From Hyphochytrium catenoides (lineage: Eukaryota > Protista > Hyphochytriomycota), in NCBI GenBank assembly GCA_900088475.1, contig FLMG01001853.1, positions 1-40,838 on the forward strand: 40,838 nt of DNA, in the 5' to 3' direction. Position numbers and translations under genes: made by a program. The notes under the pieces are model-generated. The model saw only the letters and a program-made list of their open reading frames with translations, was not told the DNA's origin and did no database searches. Shown here in pieces: positions 34,870 through 40,838 of this stretch (position 1 is its first letter; the number at the start of each line of letters is the position of its first letter).

Positions 34870-36710
34870 ATGGATCCCACCTTGGCTTGTTTCCTTGCAG
34901 CTCTCAGCGGCACTCCTGCAGGCCTTGCCCTCCTCGCTCTCGGCGCGGCCTTCACGCTCCGCTTTGCCATCGGAGGTCTCCTAGCCTTGTACACTTTCTT
35001 TCTCCGGCCCGCGAAGAATCTTAAAAAGTATGGCTCTTGGGCTGTCGTGACTGGCGCCACCGATGGCATTGGAAAGGCGTATGCTATTGAGCTGGCCCGC
35101 AGAGGACTGAACGTCCTGCTGATCAGCAGAACCACCTCCAAGCTCGAAGAAGTGCAGAAAGAGATCTCTGAGAAGTATAACAAAGTGACAGTGAAGACTT
35201 TGGTCGTTGATTTCTCAGACTTTAATGAGGAGATCAGAAATAAGACGAAGGCAGTCCTAGAAGAGATCAAGGACATCGCCGTCCTGGTCAACAACGTCGG
35301 CCTCTCTTATGATTTCCCGATGTTCTTCTCCGAGCTTGAAGAGAAGGCTGTGAAGAACCTGTTAGAGCTGAACGTGAGCTCTGTTGTCTGGATGACCCGC
35401 CTGGTTCTGCCTCTGATGGAACAGAAGAGGAAGGGCGCCATTGTGAACATTAGCTCCGGCTCCTCTGTTCTTCCTTGCCCGTTGCTATCTGAATACTCTG
35501 CAGCCAAAGGGTTAGTGTCGCTGTCGCTTTGCACGAGGGGCCAGCTCTGGCTCTTTGTCGCCCTCAAGACCTCTCCTGTCCCCCAGATTGTTGCCAATGC
35601 TCCCTTCTTTCTCCTTCTTTGCTTGACTCTTTCGACACTTCCCACCATGTCTTGTCCCCTCTGTCTCAGAAGAGATACTTCCTTGTTTCGCCTCTGCTTT
35701 TGACGTGCCTGTCACTTGCCTTGCTGACCGCATGAGCCCCTGACAGTCGTACTTTTGGTCCGCTTTCCTGGGTCTCTTTTTTCCCACCTAGCCCTTGAGG
35801 CCTAAGATTATTGGCTCGCAAGGACAGCTAGTATGCTCTTCTGCATCCTGTTACTTTGTTCATCTTCCCAGCCCCGCTCTCTCTCTCTGTCTGTGTCTTT
35901 CTCACAAGCACTCTTTCACATCTGCTAGGTTTGTGAACAGCTTCACCCGTTCGCTGGCCAAGGAGGCGAAGGCCAAGGGCGTGGACGTGCAGGTCCAGTT
36001 CCCAATGTTCGTCACGACAAAGCTCTCCAAGATTCGTCGCGCGTCTTTCTTCACGCCCAGCCCCAAGACTTTTGCAGTGCACGCTGTGAACCAGATTGGC
36101 TATGAGACGGCGATCTCCCCTTACTGGCCCCACGCTCTTCAAATCTTTGTCGTGAAGCTCTTTCCTGAGTGGCTCCAGAACCAGGTGAGCTCCTAGGATA
36201 CGTCTGGAGGTGAACCTTGGGAAGGAGATAGGCGGAGGGAATCGAGGGTGATCGAAGAAAGAGGTGATTTCAAGAGATTTCTGAGCTGTGGAGAAGTAGA
36301 GAGTGATTGGGAGGGGAAGGAACAGGCTGATGCCTCAGTAGAATTTAACTTAGGGCGTTGGGAGTACCTGAACAGGGTTTAGCCGCACTGAAAGAGAGAG
36401 AACGGCGAGAGAGAGGACCGAAGAGGAGAGCAAGAGCGACCGGGCGCGAGAGAGCAACCGAAAAAGAGGGAGAGCAACAGAAAGAGAGTAACTGAAAGAG
36501 AGAGAGATTGAAAGAGAGAAGGGAGAGGGAAAGAGTGCTGCGCTGGGCGAGTTGGAGGTTTGAGGGATATGGAAAAATGGAACTGGACCCCTGAGAAAGT
36601 TAGCTCTGCTCTCTCATTATTACTGTTACAATCTCTTCATGGTGCAGATCGTGTGGAGCCAGCACATCTCTCTACGCAGCCGCGCTCTGAAGAAGCTGAA
36701 GCAGAAGTAG
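34870..36710 (+). CDS. KCR: Very-long-chain 3-ketoacyl-CoA reductase (KCR/HSD17B12, SDR), 3 exons
   Basis: Exons 34870-35510, 35929-36184, 36648-36710. Contains YGSWAVVTGATDGIGKAYA, LVNNVG, NISS, catalytic YSAAK, PMFVTTKLSKIRR and SPYWPH. N-terminal hydrophobic anchor; C-terminal KKLKQK* fits a KxKxx ER retrieval signal. Confidence 0.95.
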
Positions 36711-36906
36711 AGAGCCCTGCGTGACCATAAAGGATACTATAAAAGAGCGCTGCTCAAAGCTACCTTGAGGTAGTAATACATAATGTTAGACATCTGGCAT
36801 CGTCCAGTTCCGTTCGTCCTCTTTGTTTTGCTCTCTCTCCCCCTCTCTCCCTCTCTCTCTGTCTTCGCGCTGGGCCTTAGAATGCCGCCACTATGCTTGG
36901 GGAGCA

Positions 36907-39474
36907 CTAAGCGGAGCGAAGACTGTGGATCCAGGCCGTGACATTGTTCGTGGCTGACTCGAGATCTGTAAAGACAAGGAGGAAGTGAGACACTCTGTTC
37001 GGACGCTTTGGGCGTGGTTAGAGAAAGACAACTGAAGGTAGACAAACCAGAGAGATAACAAACGCTGGGTAGACGGAGGAGCAGAGATCCTGAGAGAGAG
37101 AGAGATAAAAATTGAGCTGCTACTCTTACCTGTGGCTCCATTTTTCACTAGCCAGGGCGAGCCAAGGAGCACTTCGCACGGCAACCTATTGTTGCTCTAC
37201 AAAGTTGTTGGACGGCTTCTTGTGAGTCAAGGGAAGAAAGTATCATTCCTATACGCACTTACATCCTTCTGGACGCAGCTTGAAATGAAGGAGCAGAACT
37301 CAGGAGAAAAGTGCTCTATGGACACCCAGCGAAGCAAGCGTTAGTGATGGCTGAATAGAGAGAGAGGGAGGGAGAAAGAAAGAGAGAGAGAAAGAGAGAA
37401 AAGAAGAAGATATAACGCTTGAAGATGAAGATAACTAGCAAGCAGCAGTAGTTACCTGGGTTCAAAGTCGGCGTCGGATAATCCAGCAGAGTTTGGACCA
37501 ACTGCACGAGATGGCGTCAGTCTCTCTAGCGCTCTATGGAGACAACCACACGTCTGTTCCCATTTCCTTATTCGCTCGTCTTCTCTCTTTCATCTCTCTC
37601 AAATCTTCTCTTCCACTGTCATTCCGTTTTCACTCTCTGTCGTTTCTCACTTTTCTTATCGTTGCTCATTCTGGTCCCCGGCTGTCGTCTTGAGCACGGC
37701 TAGCTAAACTGTACTCTGCTCTGCTTCTCATTCTCTCTCTCTCTTTCATTCTCATTCTCTCTCTCTCTCTCTCTCGCTCCCCCTCCCTCTTTCTATCTTT
37801 TTCTCCCTTCTCTCCCGTTCTCACTGTTCTCCCTCATGCACACCCCTAAGTTGGTCTGACGGTTCAGGTCGCCCTCGGTCTAGCTTCTTCGGTGCTGCTG
37901 GCTTAGATTCTTACCTCGATATAGTTATCACTGACTGGGTAAGCGAACCTTCCTGTCGCACACTGAATGAGAACGAGACCTAAGCTCCAGATGTCTGACT
38001 TATAGCTGAGAGAGAGAGAGAGAGAGAGAGAGACAGGAAGAGAGAGAGAGAGAGAGAGACCGAGGAAGGAGAGACAAATTAGTATTTCGAGACTTCCTTC
38101 AAAAGGAGGTAGACAACCATTGAGGATACCTGTAGGGCTTGCCTGCGATTCGTTCGGGAGACATGTACTGATATGTGCCCACGAAGGTAGAGCACATCGC
38201 TAGTTGTCAGACAGATGTTAGTGCCAGATATCCGCGAGGCCATACGAGGTAAGAGAGTATTGAACGTTAGGGGTTAAGCAATTGGGAGGCGGAGGCGAGA
38301 GCGAGACAAAGGGAAACAAGAGAGAGAGCGAGAGAGAGCTACGTCTGGAAGGCATGATGACTCCAGAAGCGGTCAAGACTACGCGGAATCGTGACAGAGG
38401 GCCAAGAAAGAGCAAGCACACGTAAGAAGCAGAGGGAGCTTTGGAAGCCTGAAGACAAACGCAAAAGAAGACCGCAAGAGAGAGAGAAAGACAGACACAA
38501 AGAGAGAGAGAGAGAGAGAAAGACACAAGGAGACCGAGAGAGTGAGAGCGACAGGATATGCCTTCTATAATTGGTCACCTATGGAATCTTTGAGCTCCTT
38601 CGTGATGCCGAAGTCAGCGAGCTTCACTTGTCCCTTCCCGTTGATTAGGATATTGGATGGCTTGATGTCTCGGTGCACAATCTTTCTCTTCTTGAGATAA
38701 CAGAGTGCAAAAAGCATCTGGTAGGCCATGTTAGCCAGAGCGCGCTCAGGAATGCGCTGTAAGGACGCTAGCAGGTCAGTTATAGCACCGCCATCCATGA
38801 ACTCCAGCGCGATTGAGATAGCTCCGTCCCGGTAGAACGCACCGTAGAACGTCACGAGACAGGGGCACTGCAGCCAGGTAGGGATTGAAAGGAAAGAAAG
38901 AGTAAAAAAGAGGGGGAGAGAGAGAAAGAGAGAGTCGAAGAGAGAGAGAGAGTTAGAGTGACCCAGTCATCATACTAGGGAGGCTACGGTGGTTGCCACG
39001 TCACAGTCCTCTCAGCCACAAGGCCTAGCCAGCCCAACATGCCTATCCCTGAGACATTATAAGCTCTTCCCTGCACCTTGATCCCCTATCCTCAGCAGCT
39101 CCTCCGCAGCCAAAACGTCTTAAACCCCGATCGCCGCTACCCTTAATTGTTGTCCTCGGTACAGTTAGAAGACCAGCTCATACCTGTGCGTCAAAGAGCG
39201 TCCCCACTTCCCTGAGAAACTGGTCTCTCTTGCTCTTGTTATAAATGTTGATCACCTTGATCGCTAGAGGCGTGCAGGTGGGCCGGTGCTGGGCTCTAAA
39301 GACGACGCTGCTGTTGCCAGCGCCGATGCGCTCAAAGTAGTCGAGCTCCTCGTGCACCACTGTGAAGGTCTTTGGGCTGTCTCTCATCACCACGCCGGTG
39401 CCGCTCACAGCTACATCGCCCTTGATGAAGACCTCGCCGTCCATGTCAAAGGAGTCATACATGGAGGATGACAT
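36907..39474 (-). CDS. MAP2K: MAP kinase kinase (STE7 family, MKK3-like), 8 exons
   Basis: Exons 39474-39184, 38867-38579, 38199-38130, 38005-37915, 37501-37456, 37315-37263, 37196-37130, 36965-36907. Contains GAGNSSVV, LAIK, FYGAFY, ISIALEFMDGG, HRDIKPSN, DFG, activation loop DSIAMCSTFVGTYQYMSPERI, YSYKSDIWSLG and FSPEFCSFI..C. Confidence 0.95.
38008..38058. repeat. (GA)n tract, the polypyrimidine tract of a MAP2K intron on the minus strand
   Basis: The GA repeat abuts the predicted acceptor at 38006. Confidence 0.85.
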
Positions 39475-40791
39475 GGTTGAGAGAGACAAAGTGACTCAAA
39501 CGCCACAAACTGCACGTGCCAGGGGTACGAGTGAGAATAACAAAGCGAGAGAGAGAGAGAGAGAGATCGCGATCGGAAAGACAGTCGCGCTTTAGAGCTT
39601 CATCAGAGCTTCAAGACAGTCATCACACTCTCCTGAGCACAATCTGAGCCTCGCTGCCGTCCCCATCTGGGCCCGGATGATAGCATGATCTCTTCTTTCT
39701 CTCTCCCTCTCTCTGTAGAAAGACAAGGATTCTATTCACTAAGCGTAAGGTCGACAGGAGAAGATCCGCTGAGATCTAAGAGGCGATCATCAAGGTGGAA
39801 CTGAGGATCCTACGAGCAGAACACATGCAGATGCCGCGGGCTGCAGAGGCAAAGGAACTGGACAGCACTAAGATATCAACAACAGCATGACAAGACTGAC
39901 AGAGCAAAAAGAGAGAAAGAGACAAACAATAGGAAAGAAGAGAGAGAGAGAGAGAGAAGAACTGGAAGGCACTGTGCTAGCAGCTTCCACGCCGCCGCAG
40001 ACTGAATGGCGCCGTGACCCCTCAACACACAGAACAGCGGAGGCTCAAGCACATTGAAGTTAAGGACGATCGAGGCTTCCTCCGCTCTTGCGAGCGCTTC
40101 CAGGCCGCCGTGTTGCACTTGCACTCGTCTGCAGAACAGTGTGGGACCGTAGGCGGCCGGTGCTGCTTGACCAACAAAGTGTGCACGAAGGAGGAAAAGG
40201 AAACGGAGTAAAAATGGTAGGCTTTATACTTCTTTGCCTTTTAGAAAGATGGAGGGAGGAGGAGGGGACACACAGAGTGAAGGTTTTATAAAGAAAGGCT
40301 TAAGAGAAGGGCCAAAAAGGGGAGGAGAGAGAGAGAGAGAGAGAGAGTTGGAGAAGGAAAGAGAGGGCTGAGTGCCTTTAATATTGAGCGATACAAAGAT
40401 AAGGACCTCGAGACAGACGAGAGGACGTGATGAGAGGGAGAGACGGGAAGTATCAATCTTGCGGCTGGAAGGAGAAGAGTGAGGAGTGTGGACTACGTCT
40501 GGGTCACATCGTTGCACTGTCATCGTGAGAGCAGTAAGATCATGCAGGGAAGGGGGAAGAAGAGAAGGAGAGAGAGAGACCCAAGACAGAGTGTCAGAGG
40601 AGAGACCACCTAGTTAGTCAGGGGAAGAGGCATGAAAGGCGGAGGTAAAGAGAGAGAGAGACGCAAGAATTCATAGCCGGATAGTGCATGATGTACAACC
40701 AGGAAGATAAATGGAGCGAGTGCGAGGCAAGAGAGGGAGAAAAAGAGAGCGACTAGAGAGAAAAGGGAGAGTGTTTATGTGAGTTTGTGTA

Positions 40792-40825
<34 letters not shown>

Positions 40826-40838
40826 TGTATGTGAGAGA

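Noticed and set aside
39560-39632. Minus-strand GTGATGA...CTGATGA resembling box C/D motifs
   Set aside because: No terminal D box, terminal stem or recognisable rRNA guide.
1-40838. CRISPR arrays, tRNA/rRNA genes, intact transposase or reverse-transcriptase ORFs, prokaryotic operons
   Set aside because: None seen. The repeats are microsatellites and the genes are spliced eukaryotic loci.

Overview
Compact, intron-rich eukaryotic nuclear DNA, not prokaryotic. It has GT-AG introns mostly 60-550 nt long, abundant (CT)n/(GA)n tracts and two N-gaps. Gene content (bZIP-PAS, PRORP with an NLS-like N-terminus, MKK3-like kinase) suggests a stramenopile or alga-like protist, which is an inference. 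I reconstructed 13 spliced or single-exon genes by hand: bZIP-PAS transcription factor (+), RPL6/eL6 (+), SMIM4/UQCC5-like (-), TMEM14 (+), FMO (+), FAM210/DUF1279 (-), a ~17-exon coiled-coil protein (+), YJU2B/CCDC130 (-), PRORP (-), IQCC-like (+), CCNDBP1-like (-), KCR/HSD17B12 (+) and a MAP2K (-). The first ~3.2 kb has no recognisable gene and a different repeat style. The most notable unexplained structure is in RPL6 intron 2. A perfect 17-bp inverted repeat closes a ~190-nt multibranched RNA that pairs over a consensus alternative 5' splice site lying downstream of an in-frame stop, and a second hairpin sits just before the 3' splice site. This is a candidate splicing/NMD autoregulatory switch or an intronic ncRNA. 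All exon coordinates are manual predictions without RNA evidence.
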